Shown piece after piece: positions 12,955 through 24,135 of a stretch of DNA of 64,000 nt (the first letter of the stretch is position 1; each line of letters starts with the position of its first letter). Origin of the DNA: Eukaryota sp. TZLM1-RC (lineage: Eukaryota; Protista; Metamonada: BaSk clade); the NCBI GenBank assembly GCA_040285825.1, contig JAUPSS010000003.1, forward strand, positions 2,790,001-2,854,000, read 5' to 3'. A program made the translations under genes and the position numbers. The notes below the pieces were generated by a model. It had not been told where the DNA came from. It did no database searches and saw only the letters and a program-made list of their open reading frames with translations.

Positions 12955-13767
12955 ATTTATTGAACATGTACACTTAATTAAATTAATTCATAACTAATGG
13001 GGCGACTATCATTGAACCAAGATTTATTCTACAAAATCTTGATCTGCTTGCTGTCTAGCTAAAGCTTCTCTTATTCGATTGGAAAACCGAGGTAATCTAT
13101 TAATAATGGCAAATTGAATCCGAGAACGCCATAAAAAAATATCAAATCTTTTCATTGTTTTTTCTTGAGCCATTTTTTGGAAGTCATTCAAAAAAAAATT
13201 TCTGCTTCATCTGATAATCTTCCATTTATCGAAAATGGGAAAGCAATAAAAACTAGCTGTGTATTTCTATCAGCTTTAGCCTCTTCAATATCTTTACCAT
13301 ATTTTCTATGTCTTTCTTTTGCTTTAAAATCAGGAGCACTCACAGGATTAAGTTTTCTTCTGTGAACCAACGTATCATTTGCAACATTATATGAGACAAA
13401 GTCAACAATAGCTTCAGAATTATCAATCCAATCACAGTATACATCACCTCTATCATAAGAACCAAAATTATTCAGAGACAGTGTTTCCTTCAGCAGAGGC
13501 TCTTTGATACACGATATTTTTGCAGTTTGTGCCATATTAAAAACAGAGTCTCTAACAGCATCATGTACTGAAGAAGGATAAGTTAACAATTTAGAACAAT
13601 TCAGAGCATGGCGCAAAGTGAGTTGAGATGAAGTCGAACAAATACATTTTTCTTTTGATAATAATTGATTAATGTGGATATTCAGATATAATCTCATTTT
13701 TGTTACAAATGCTTCATTAGTGGCACACAGTTCAAATCTTCTTGGTACAATGGTTACAAAAAGTGAA
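12955..13767 (-). mobile_element. 3' fragment of family-A non-LTR element
   Basis: Close match to 48256-49064 including the 3' UTR and AATAAA end. Confidence 0.93.
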
Positions 13768-13784
13768 TACAGAAGTGAGCCTGT

Positions 13785-14012
13785 TCAATGGGAAATTCCC
13801 GTAAGTACACGCTCAATTTTCGTGACGAATAATGACAAAAACTGTCTACTAGACAGGTACTGAGGCCTTTCATTACCACTCATTCTGGCTTCAGCAATTG
13901 TAAACATAATCAGACAAGCCTGCTTATTTCTATTGAAAATCTTTGTTGAGCCTTTGTTGTTAAATTTACAACTCTCACCGTTACAAGCTAATAAACCATG
14001 ACACGTAGTGAC
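13785..14012 (-). pseudogene. Fanzor-like C-terminus (copy 3)
   Basis: CHGLLACNGESCK...FNRNKQACLIMFTIAEARMSGNERPQYL aligns with copy 2 RHGLTMCKSC..WNRDRNASLN...EARVNGGDRPEYL. Confidence 0.8.
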
Positions 14013-14666
14013 AATGGGGTTGATGATTACCAATAATGTTAAAAAACCTACGAAGCAAGTTTTTTCCGTCAGACAATATTTCTGCCTGAATATCCATGTC
14101 AATGTCAGGTAATCTGGTAATTTGAGGACTCATTTTCGATATAAGTGAACATTCACTCACCAAAAAGAAATTATGGTGATCAAACCTTCCTACAACAATT
14201 GAAATTAAAAAGATTTTTTGACCTGAAATCCATTCATCCTTATGCTTATCAGTTTTTCTTTTAAAAAAATTTGCACAATCTTTTTTTATTTTATCACTAG
14301 TCTTATCAGGTTTAATCAAATGGTTCTCATTGTTTCTGTAAAGCTGACCATCCTGATAGGTTTCAAGATCAAAGCACATAACAGTGGAAAGATTTTCATT
14401 TGTGGGCATTGATTTGAATTGAATCAAAGGATCAGGCTTGAAGCCACTACGTCTTGGGTCAATAATTTTGACCATACTCGGTTTCAATTGTTTTTTTGTC
14501 AAAATCTTCCTGTTCTCGAAAATCACCATTGTATTCTCAATAGAAATTTCACGGTTCAATAAGTTTTGTTGTTTCTTTCGCTGACGCTTTGATGTTTCAT
14601 TGTCAAAAATCTCTTGTCGAATAGTTTTTGATGGAGGAATTGACTTACAATTGGATCTTCTTTTTT
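14013..14666 (-). pseudogene. Family-B DNA polymerase 3'-5' exonuclease-like fragment
   Basis: ExoI-like VMCFDLETY (14356-14382), KIFLISIVVG, then NLLRRFFNIIGNHQPH resembling the PolB 'ExxLLxxFxxxIxxxxPD' segment; truncated before ExoII. Confidence 0.65.
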
Positions 14667-14693
14667 GGGACCAGGATTTGCTTCAACATCTCC
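14667..14693 (-). other. 2A/StopGo ribosome-skipping motif GDVEANPGP within ORF 14556-15017
   Basis: LFAVALTMDGDVEANPGP fits the consensus (G)D-[V/I]-E-x-N-P-G-P exactly. Confidence 0.85.
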
Positions 14694-16032
14694 ATCCATT
14701 GTTAAAGCAACAGCAAATAAGTTTGTTGACAGGAGATGTTGGAAGCTACTGGATTCAAAACATAAATTATAAACATAATCATAAAACTGAACATTATCAA
14801 AATAATAATTTAAGACAAAACATCCCATATCCAAAGTGCAAGTACCTAAACCACAAAAAGCAACAAACTCAAAAGCATCAAAATGACAACAATATAAAAC
14901 AAAACACAAACAAGAAAAACTCCCCAAATCTAAAGTGATTAAAACCATGGCTGATTCAACAACACCCATATCATGACTCACATGGTGACTCAAAAAAGTG
15001 CAATACTCTACCCCCACGGAAGGATTAGAACGACGCTCTGACCGAGGCTCTGACCTTTCGTTTATTTCTATATAGCAGATTGCCTGTTCCCCACTGAGAA
15101 TTCTGGGAGGAAGAACTCTGCTGTTCTGTTAAGAACAGATTGAAGAAGGAGGCGGGAACTGAGTACGTTACCTCGTTATACTTGTTTTCTCGCCTTGCTG
15201 CATGATGTTAGAAGAATGGGAAGAGTCGAGGTAATTTCGCTGGCTGACACGATCTCTGACACGCTGATTGCAATTTCAAATTGATTGCTTATTTTCACAA
15301 TTTTTTCAAATGCCTATCCAATGTATCTCTATTAGTGGCCATCAGCATCAGCTGGATTTACCCTCTAGCTGTTCTGGTACCTGGTAAAAATATACTATAG
15401 TATCTGTATACCTGAACCTTTCATTACCGTCATCCAAGTTCTACATTGTGTCATCTTTTCCCTTCAACCTAGCTCAAGAAGTAAAAAGGAACAATACCAC
15501 AACATTTCAATCATTCATCTGAACTTCCATGTTAATGCGAATGTCAAGGCTAATGATCTGGAGGTTTCTGACAAGAACACTGAATACTTCTATATTTGAT
15601 TCTACCCTTTAGACAAGAGAATTATATGAATCTTCTTCCAGCAGATCAGACTGATAAAACTTTTTAATATGAAATTTGTTTATGACAATTTCAATAAATG
15701 ACCATGATAGTTAGTAACAATTTGCGCATTCAATTTTTATTACAGACATATATGTATTCAGAGCAACAGAGGAACTTTACAAATGAAAACACTGCACAAA
15801 AAAATATATGAAGGGACAACACAACAGGACATAAACAGTCAAATAGTATAGCAACTTTGAGTCTTGACAAACCACTTAAAGATCTTGTAAAAACATGGTC
15901 ATAAAATAGTGTTTATTGGTAAAAGAAATTTAGGAAATTTTTTTTTACCATTCATCACAACAACTGAAACTAACAATGCTTATGATGACTTATGACAACT
16001 CTACAATACAAACCGCATATTATACAAAAACC

Positions 16033-16650
16033 TTACAAAATCCCATTCCTGCAAACATTTTCCAAATCCCATCGACTCTCAAACTGATCAATCAAATCTA
16101 AATCAGTCACATCATCATCTTCTTTTACTCCCTTCCTCATGGTATTGTTCATCTTCCTACTTAATTTTAGTCTCTGTTGATCAAGACCAATACTTGACTC
16201 TAAGTACTCTCTCTGTTCTTTTCTCCTTTTAAAGGCTTCTCTTATGCAGTCTCGTTTGTAATGAATATCTGCCAACCTTTCTTGTTCCTTGATGCGCTCT
16301 TCAGTTATTGCTTTCATTTCCATCGTTTGTGCAAAAGCTTCCAGATCAGGTCGTTCATGTAGTTTGCGTCTGGAGGTAGGTTCAGCTGATTGTTGTCTAG
16401 TCCAGTAGAAAAGGAAATTCTTCTTTACTGAATTTGGTCGTGTTTCATTTTGCTGATAAACACTAGTACTAGTGGGAGGAAAAGGATGATTTGAAGTGGT
16501 TTCTTGATGTAACGTTTTGATGCAAGAGGATGAATCAGGAATGGTAGAATTAGTGTGACAAAGTTTATCTAAAAGACCAGTGTTCTGTAGCTTTTCTAGA
16601 ACAACAGTGGGATCTGTGGTAGAACTATCAAATGTGAGATGGTCTGTCAT
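16033..16650 (-). CDS. Hypothetical protein (coiled-coil C-terminal half)
   Basis: Intact 205-aa ATG ORF; no recognised domain. Confidence 0.6.
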   Translation of the reverse strand: MTDHLTFDSSTTDPTVVLEKLQNTGLLDKLCHTNSTIPDSSSCIKTLHQETTSNHPFPPTSTSVYQQNETRPNSVKKNFLFYWTRQQSAEPTSRRKLHERPDLEAFAQTMEMKAITEERIKEQERLADIHYKRDCIREAFKRRKEQREYLESSIGLDQQRLKLSRKMNNTMRKGVKEDDDVTDLDLIDQFESRWDLENVCRNGIL

Positions 16651-16691
16651 TCTTACAGATGATGTCTATAACAATGAAATAAGTGTCCTTT

Positions 16692-17384
16692 TTACTCCAA
16701 TGTAGAGGGTTTAAGTTTTTGAGAGGTGGAAGATTTTCTCCTTAATACCTTTTTCTTTGAACCTTCAACAACCTTGACTCTCTGTAGGTATTCCGGCCTA
16801 TCTCCACCATTTACACGTGCTTCCATCACTGCCAACTTATTCAACGAAGCATTTCGATCTCTATTCCACAAACTTTCGCATGATTTACACATGGTAAGCC
16901 CGTGACGAATAGACATCTCATGCCTCTTCCATGGCCTTGGATTTCTGCACCATCGGAATGTTTCAACTGTTTTCTCCTCTTTCTTACAGTTGAAACAACA
17001 GCAACTGGTTCGAAACTCATCAATTAAAAAGACCTTATAACCAGCCTTTTTAAATTAAATTCTCAAACCTTTTCCTTTTGTAGGTTCTTTGAATTTCATG
17101 TGTTTTCGTTGTTCCCAGTCTCCGATTCCAATAACCACTTGACCTGGATCACCAATTACTGATTTGAATCTCTGTATCATCTTCGCCTCAGATCTTGTGC
17201 GATTAATCTCAGCCCACCATCTTAGTTTCCTAAATATTTTTTGATAATAGACTTCACCAACAATACTATTCACAAAATTCTTTTGTTTAATATATACCAT
17301 TAATCTATCAAACCTGCAGTTTTTGGAATTGAATTGGGATAAAGTTGCTTCCCATTCTGCTACACATTTAGTTTTTTTGATCAT
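16692..17384 (-). pseudogene. Fanzor1-like nuclease, 5'-truncated (copy 2), single internal stop at 17055-17057
   Basis: One continuous frame: EWEATLSQFNSK...FRKLRWW...IGIGDW..KEPTKGKGLRI*FKKAGYKVFLIDEFRTSCCCFNC...NPRPW..RHGLTMCKSCESLWNRDRNASLN...RPEYL. Confidence 0.92.
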
Positions 17385-18739
17385 TATTACTCAAATTGAA
17401 TGAGTAATGAGCAGTTCAATATCTGTCATTCTTACAGGTTTTTACACCAATATAGAGGGATTCCCTTTTGCATTCCCCTCCTTTCTTTTTTCTTTTCTAC
17501 ATTATCACTGTCTTTTCCTGCAGAATACTACGCCACAGCTGAAACAAAAATGTTGACTTTCATGAGACCGACTGGAGTATTCTTGATGGTGTACTACCAA
17601 TGCAGTCCAGTTCAGTGCTTACCTCACTAAATGACATACTTACCTCCTATGCGACTCACTTTTGAAATAAAGGAAGCAGAAACATTGGAAGAAACACTCT
17701 CAGCCCCGGGTGCATGCTCTTCTACTAATACTATTGATTATTTCCTCTTTTGTTGATTATTTCAGTTGGTGCAGTGTGGATAACTGGGCAAAACGTAAGT
17801 GGCTATGTAAAATATAAGTCTTATGCCTCATTTTTCTATGAAGAGGATGGTAGATTTTGGTTCACTCGTCTTGATGAGTTTGTCAAGTTCTTGTTCTGCT
17901 CATTTTATTGAACAGACCAAACTAAATAATATCAGAATCTTCACCAAAAATTGGAGGTCTTTATCAGATTTGTCTTTCAAAAATGGCTGAAAGATGATAG
18001 TAACTGTTTCATCAAAGTGTTCCCCAACATGGATAGGTCTCAATATGAACTCGATTTAGAGAAGCACAGGTTGAAAATCGCTCGTGCTATAAGCATTGAC
18101 AGTCCGCAGCAACTTCATCCCAATCTTGCTTTATAACCCAGGGCTACTGAAGGATGGGTGTTGTTCAAAACATTTAATGAAAATAATCAAAAATGATCTG
18201 AGTGTTGTGCCAGCTACAGTGTCAAAATTTCGATTACTCAAGGTTTTGTCTGAAATCACTGCCAAAACTAAAAAATTAGTCTGAAGAATAGATTTTTGGT
18301 TAATAGAGAACATAATTGAATGAAGACTTGGTCAATTGCAAGAAGGTTTTAATAGAGAAAATTGATATTGAAATTGTAGAATTTATTCACCCTATACTTG
18401 TCTCGCCTCACTGTCCAAAGCAACTTTCCGAAGATGCAGAGGAACTGTTCTATTACAGCAATAAATATAACAAATCAAGGTATATCTTAGTTTATTTCTG
18501 CAATTCAAAATGTTTCATTTTGTTGAGCATAACAGTTTGAAATTATCTCTAAAATTCTATTTTATTGCAATTCATATGAAGATAGAAATCAACAACAAAT
18601 TCAGCTATTCTATTCGACATAAACCGCTAGTTTTGGATCAGACAACCATGGTGACTTATGACATTCACCATGAACCCTCCTATCCTTCCAAAAAGTGATG
18701 AATTTTTGTATTTGCGTGGAGATTCGAGCGATAAGCTGA

Positions 18740-19520
18740 TAAGACATATAGCAGGAGCTTGTGGGTAAGGTTGTACCTCCGTTGGAACTTTTTTCGAATT
18801 TCCTTCATTTACACAATTTAATTATTCAACATCCTAAAAGCTGTCCTATAGAATTATGTTTTTCAAGATTGATCCCTTTAGCGAAGGTAAACGATGGTGC
18901 TCGTCCCATTTTAATTAGTGAAGTGATTTCTCGTCTCATATCCCCACTGGTTTTCAACCGTATCAAGAAAAATCCTAAAAAGTTTCTTGGTGCTTTTCAA
19001 TTGGGCATAGGAACATGTGATAGAGTAAGTGCTGCTCCTCTTGATGTTGATGTATTTATGAATTTATCAAGATAAAATGTTGCAGTTGTCTTTGAGTTCA
19101 AAAATACTTTTTATTCAGTGAAACGTGGTGCTGATGTTGAAGCACTTCACCATTCCCCTGTGTTTGCAGAAGTCGCTCCTTTGTTTGAATTTTTATTCTC
19201 TACTCATTCACATTTGGTTATGAAAACTGATTCTATTTGCTTGTCTTCAGGTGTAAACCATGATGATCCAATCAGTCCTTTCCTTTTTTGTCTTTCTCTT
19301 CATCCAATTTTTCGTTCATCTTTTCTATCAAATGCTGCGTTTTTAGGTGGAACCAAAAACTTCTTGCATGAAGTTGCTTAAAGGTGGTTTTCATCAATGG
19401 ATTGACTTTGCGTATAACTCTTCTTCAGTTGCAATAAAATGTTTACGTATTTTCTTGGAAGAATGTTCTGGTGATTTCTGGAACTCGTGATTATCTTCAA
19501 ATGTTGACTTCTTCTAGACC
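18740..19520 (+). pseudogene. Decayed non-LTR RT remnant (divergent family)
   Basis: SRLIPLAKVNDGARPILISE, FQLGIG, SSGVNHDDPISPFLFCL. Confidence 0.75.
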
Positions 19521-20679
19521 AAAATTAAAGATTTACCAAACTTTTCAAGAACTGTTTTTAATTACAGGAAAAAATTATTAATTATTTAGAAACAGAATAA
19601 CTGAACAATCAAATTAGCATGGTTAACAACTCAGGTGATTCTTCTCGGAAGCTTTGTAGCGGTGAAGGAAAGAGCTGAATGTTTCGTCATTTTTAATGCT
19701 GTGTTTATGAAGCGATTTGCCGCTGGTATTGCTCCTCAAAGACTTGCTGAATCCCTTGTCTCCCGTATGAATGACCAATTGATTCCTGATTTCAAACCAT
19801 TGTGCAGGTTCCTACCGACGAAATTGTTGTTCATCATAGATTCAAGGTTTAATTAGGATCAATATGTATCCCAAATACCCGTTCAGCTGCCAGAGAAACA
19901 GATATTGCTGATAAAACTTGCAATGGATAAAATAAGCCAGGTCATAATGCTGTTAATTGTCCACTTTGCAATGATTATGTCCACAAATTATGATAGAAGA
20001 TCCGCTTATGTTCACAGTATTATAAAACTAAAAAATTTGAACACCGTTCTTTGTGCTGTTAGTCAAACAGATGTCCATAACAGATGCTCTGACTTATGTT
20101 TGTAAGACGTGCTGAAAGTTTACGATAGTGATTTCTCAGATGAAGAGCCGTGTTAAGTTGTAATCAAACCCTTAACAAAGAATTTGCCATCACTATTGAC
20201 GAAAAGTGAAAAAGGGGTAGTTTTAGATGTTGAATAACATCAAACCACTTGTGATGATGTGGCAATAGGTGAAGTTTATTTTTTCGTTAATTAGCAAAGC
20301 TTTTCCTTTGGTCATGGCAGTGGAACCCAACATATGCTTCTTTTCATCACATTATTTTCTGCTGTAAACTCACTCAAAATAGGTCAATTATCCTCAATGA
20401 TGTGCCAAATTGTACTTATGATCTGTTCAAATGTGCTCATCACCCAGTTTGTTCAGAATCTCTATTGGATGAATTAATCTTCAGTTTGAGCCAAAAATGA
20501 GGTGATATCCGATGTTCATGGCATGCTGGAAATGAAATACATTTTTTCGGTGTTTTTTCGTTTTTATACTGTTGTAGTAAAGTTTATGATAAAATTTCTC
20601 TATATTTATCACTTTTTGTCTTAATTTGTTCTTCATTATCCAATTCGGATCACCTATTCAAGTTTTTTTCGCTTTGACC

Positions 20680-20985
20680 TTCGCTTTGACTTTGCCATCT
20701 ACTCACACAGGACAATTACCAAACCAGCTGATTCAGTTGTAATCGAGAAGAGCATGGAAGTTTGAACGAAGAAATGTGAGCGCGAAAAGTTGCGAATGAT
20801 TACTGACCAGAACTGGGGTAAATCTGGAATGCTCAAAAATCCTGGTAAGCAATATTTTTTTAAACCTAGCGACAACAAGTATTAAAAAAGTCAACAAAAT
20901 CCGAAATGAAGACGGTTTGACCTACGCAAAAAAGGCCATGATCCGCTGTGTACTTGCACTTAATGTTACAGGTCGTTGGGAAGTA
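20680..20985 (+). mobile_element. pogo/Tc1-like transposase C-terminal remnant
   Basis: KPADSVVI...SGMLKNPGKQYFF...DGLTYAKKAMIRC matches SGKLPNPGKQFF...DGISYARAAMIRC of 42493-43017. Confidence 0.7.
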
Positions 20986-20987
20986 AT

Positions 20988-21470
20988 TTTACCATATTTT
21001 ACATGTTTCTCTTTTGCTTTAAAATCAAGAGCAGTCACAGGATTAAGTTTTCTTCTGTGAACCAAAGTATCATTTGCAATATTACATGAGACAAAGTCAA
21101 CAATAGCTTCAGAATTATCAATCCAATCACAGTATACATCAACTCCATCATCAGAACCACAATTATTCACAGAAAGTGTTTCCTTCAGCAGAGGCTCTTT
21201 GATACACGATATTCTTGCAGTTTGTGCCATATTGAAAACAGTGTCTCTAACAGCATCATGTAATGAAGAACGATAAGTTATCAATTTGGAACAATTCAGA
21301 GCATGGCGCAAAGTGAGTTGAGGTGAATTCGAACAAATACATTTTTCCTTTGATAATAATTAGTTAATGGGGATATTCAAATAAAACCTCATTTTTGTTA
21401 CAAATGCTTCATTAGTGGCACACAATCCAAATCTTCGTGGTACAATGGTTACAAAAAGTGAAGAATCTGA
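20988..21470 (-). mobile_element. Family-A non-LTR fragment
   Basis: Near-identical to about 48247-48725. Confidence 0.9.
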
Positions 21471-21474
21471 TCAC

Positions 21475-22830
21475 TGGTTTGATAAGTTGAAATTAATTTC
21501 TGAGACAATTGACCAAATGATGAAATTGGATGTACAGAAACATATCAAATTTGCCATTGCTACAATTCCAACTTTAATCATAACTTTCGATCTACAAATC
21601 ATTTTATCTTTAGGCCTTTGGCTTAGAAGTTCAATGAATTACGTGCAAAAGTTTTGTCACAATTACAAGGATGTAAAATGTGCCAAATTTCTGATTATGC
21701 TTATCCTAGTCCACACTATGGCGGTTTTGTTTGGACAAAAGCTTCAATTCTTAATTAGTGTGCTTTTATCGGTGTATTTAGGATTTGCAGAAAGTGAAGT
21801 TGTATGTGACAACGCAAAGTTCAACTGTCGTTACTTTAAATGAATAAATTTCTAGAATTGATGTAGAAAAATGGAATCGATGCTTTTCTCAATCACTCAA
21901 TGGCAATATTCCCGAAAAGAATTATTTAAATTTAAAATACACTTGTCGAACATTAAAAAAAACGACTGACTGGAATGTATGAAATTGATCTTAATAAAAA
22001 TATATGGAGCTCGTCTGTTTTAAATCAAGATCTTCACTCATTGTTATTGGAAAAAGGTGTTTGTGAAAATCAGTCATCAGATTCTTCACTGTTTGTGACC
22101 ATTGTGCGGCAAAGCTTTGACTTTGTGCTAATTATGAAGCGTTTGTAACAGAAATGAGATTATATTTGAATATTCCCACTACAGGTCACTTTGCACCATG
22201 CTCTGAATTGTTCGAAATTGATAACTTATCGTTGTTCATTACATGATGTTGTTAGAGACACTCATATCAATGAGGAATGAAATGCAAGAATCTCGTGTAT
22301 CAAGGAGTCTCTGATGAAAGAAACACTGTCGTTGAATAATTTTGGTTCTGATGAAAGAGGTGATGTATACTGTGATTGGATTGAGAACTCTCAACCTGTT
22401 GCTGACTTCGTCTCCTGTAATGTTACAAATGACACTCTGGCTCAAAGAAGAAATTTTATCCTGTAGGTGCTCTTGATTTTAAAGCTAAAGAAAAACATAG
22501 AAAATATGACAAACATATCGAAGAGGCTAATGCTGGTAGAAATACACCACTAGTTTTTATTGCTTTCCCATTTTCGATAAACGGAAGACTATCACTAGGA
22601 ACTTTTTTGATCGATTTCCAAAAAATGGTTCAAGAAGAAACAATGAAAAGATTTGATTTTTTTATGGCTCTCTCGAATTCAATTTGCCATTATTAAAAGA
22701 TTACCTTGGTTTTTCAATCGAATTAGAGAAGCTTTAGCTAGACAGCAAGCAGGTCAAGATTTTGTAGAGGAAATCTTGGTTCAATGAATTTCGTCCCATT
22801 AGTTATCAGTTTATATTGTTAAGTGTGGAA
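21475..22830 (+). mobile_element. Decayed 3' half of family-A non-LTR element
   Basis: Similar to about 47610-49050 including the 3' UTR. Confidence 0.88.
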
Positions 22831-22917
22831 GTTTAGATCAAAATTATTTTCATTAGAAATGCATACAAAAGAATCTTGCAAGAAAATTCTTGTTTTGAAT
22901 ACAAAAACCAGTTCCTG

Positions 22918-24054
22918 ATGCCTGCTAAATCCAAAAGGCGAGCTTCTTCATCTACTGCCCCCAAAAAACCCAGAGTCAAAATAGATCCAGATGACATTTC
23001 ACGTAATACTGGAGGACGTCTTTTCAGTGCAGGTGATGATATTGCCATTAAAGAAGCCATGGAAGCAGGCGACTCATTTGCTTCACTCGCCACTTCTGGT
23101 AAACTCTCACAGTCCTTTCCTACATCTATACTACAGCAGAGATGGCATACAATGCTATATGATCCAGACTTCATAAAACTTGCTTCCAAAGCTATGACCA
23201 AAGCAATGTCTCTGGGTAAACGTGCTAAGTGGACAGATGTGGAAGAAAAACTCCTCATTGATGGGGTAGCTCATAACTTTATCTCCTTTTCCAACATTCT
23301 TTCTACACACAAGGCCAAGTTTCACCCCACTAGAACTCCGAAATCACTGGAAGCACATTATTACAAACTCAAAAGAGCCGGGAATCTCCCTGCGGCTGTT
23401 CCCATGAGTTCCCAGCCTCCCCCTCCCTCTGCCCCCTCTACTTCTTCAACCTCAATGACGTTGTACGAAACGGCAGCTGAGATTGAGCAAGGTAAGATTC
23501 CAAAGGAAGAACCAAAACCCGAACCCCAAATGCCTGCTTCTGTAGTTTTAAATCTTGAACACTTTTTGAAGCCAAACCCAGACCATCTAGGGTATTCTTC
23601 TCCAGCAGCCATTTTGATGGGAAGGGTCTGTAGCTTTCCTATCGTCTCCCAGGTTACTTCAATTGGAAGACTGGTGAGGGGAAGTAGAAAAGTAGATGTA
23701 GATGTAAGCAAAGAAGCTTGTTCGACTAGTGTTTCCAGAATTCAGGCGTATTTATTTATTGATGATAGGAAAGAGGTAACTGATGCCAATCAATCACGTG
23801 TGTCTATTAAAAATGTAGGTAAAAACCCTATCATTGTTGATGGGAATGTAGTTATCAATGGAGAGTCATTTAGAGTGTTGGACAAGAGCTTAATTGAATT
23901 TGGCTCGGCGAGGTTTATCTTTTTCTTATATGAAGAAAATATTTATAATTTACCAAAGCAAAGTAACATTATTGAGGATCAGGTGATGGAGGTCGAACAC
24001 GTCAAAGAAGAGGATGCTAGTCCCTTAGTAAAAGAAGAGGATGATGAAATGTAG
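22918..24054 (+). CDS. MCRS1: Microspherule protein 1-like (MCRS N-terminal + FHA)
   Basis: QRWHTMLYDP, FHPTRTPKSLEAHY, FHA motifs IGR..VDVDVS..VSRIQA..NVGKNPIIVDG; first ATG at 22918. Confidence 0.85.
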   Translation: MPAKSKRRASSSTAPKKPRVKIDPDDISRNTGGRLFSAGDDIAIKEAMEAGDSFASLATSGKLSQSFPTSILQQRWHTMLYDPDFIKLASKAMTKAMSLGKRAKWTDVEEKLLIDGVAHNFISFSNILSTHKAKFHPTRTPKSLEAHYYKLKRAGNLPAAVPMSSQPPPPSAPSTSSTSMTLYETAAEIEQGKIPKEEPKPEPQMPASVVLNLEHFLKPNPDHLGYSSPAAILMGRVCSFPIVSQVTSIGRLVRGSRKVDVDVSKEACSTSVSRIQAYLFIDDRKEVTDANQSRVSIKNVGKNPIIVDGNVVINGESFRVLDKSLIEFGSARFIFFLYEENIYNLPKQSNIIEDQVMEVEHVKEEDASPLVKEEDDEM

Positions 24055-24135
24055 AGTAATTGGGTTAATAAATTTCACAATTTCAACAATTTTTATTGAT
24101 AAATATCTTTGGTGAATCATAATAACTACTGTTCA

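Noticed and set aside
14661-14669. Programmed -1 frameshift after the 2A motif
   Set aside because: CCC AAA AAA GAA is not an in-frame X XXY YYZ heptamer; a homopolymer indel is simpler
17055-17057. In-frame TAA in Fanzor copy 2 as evidence of stop-codon reassignment
   Set aside because: Conserved host genes end at TAA/TAG (e.g. ARL1, TFIIB, Rpt4) and lack internal ones; a TTA-to-TAA mutation explains it
20988-22830. Twin-priming inversion of a single LINE
   Set aside because: The two opposed fragments cover overlapping parts of the element and differ in divergence, so they are independent copies
4902-24054. Functional cluster of transcription genes (TFIIB, ADA2, MCRS1)
   Set aside because: Separated by TEs and unrelated genes; no evidence beyond chance
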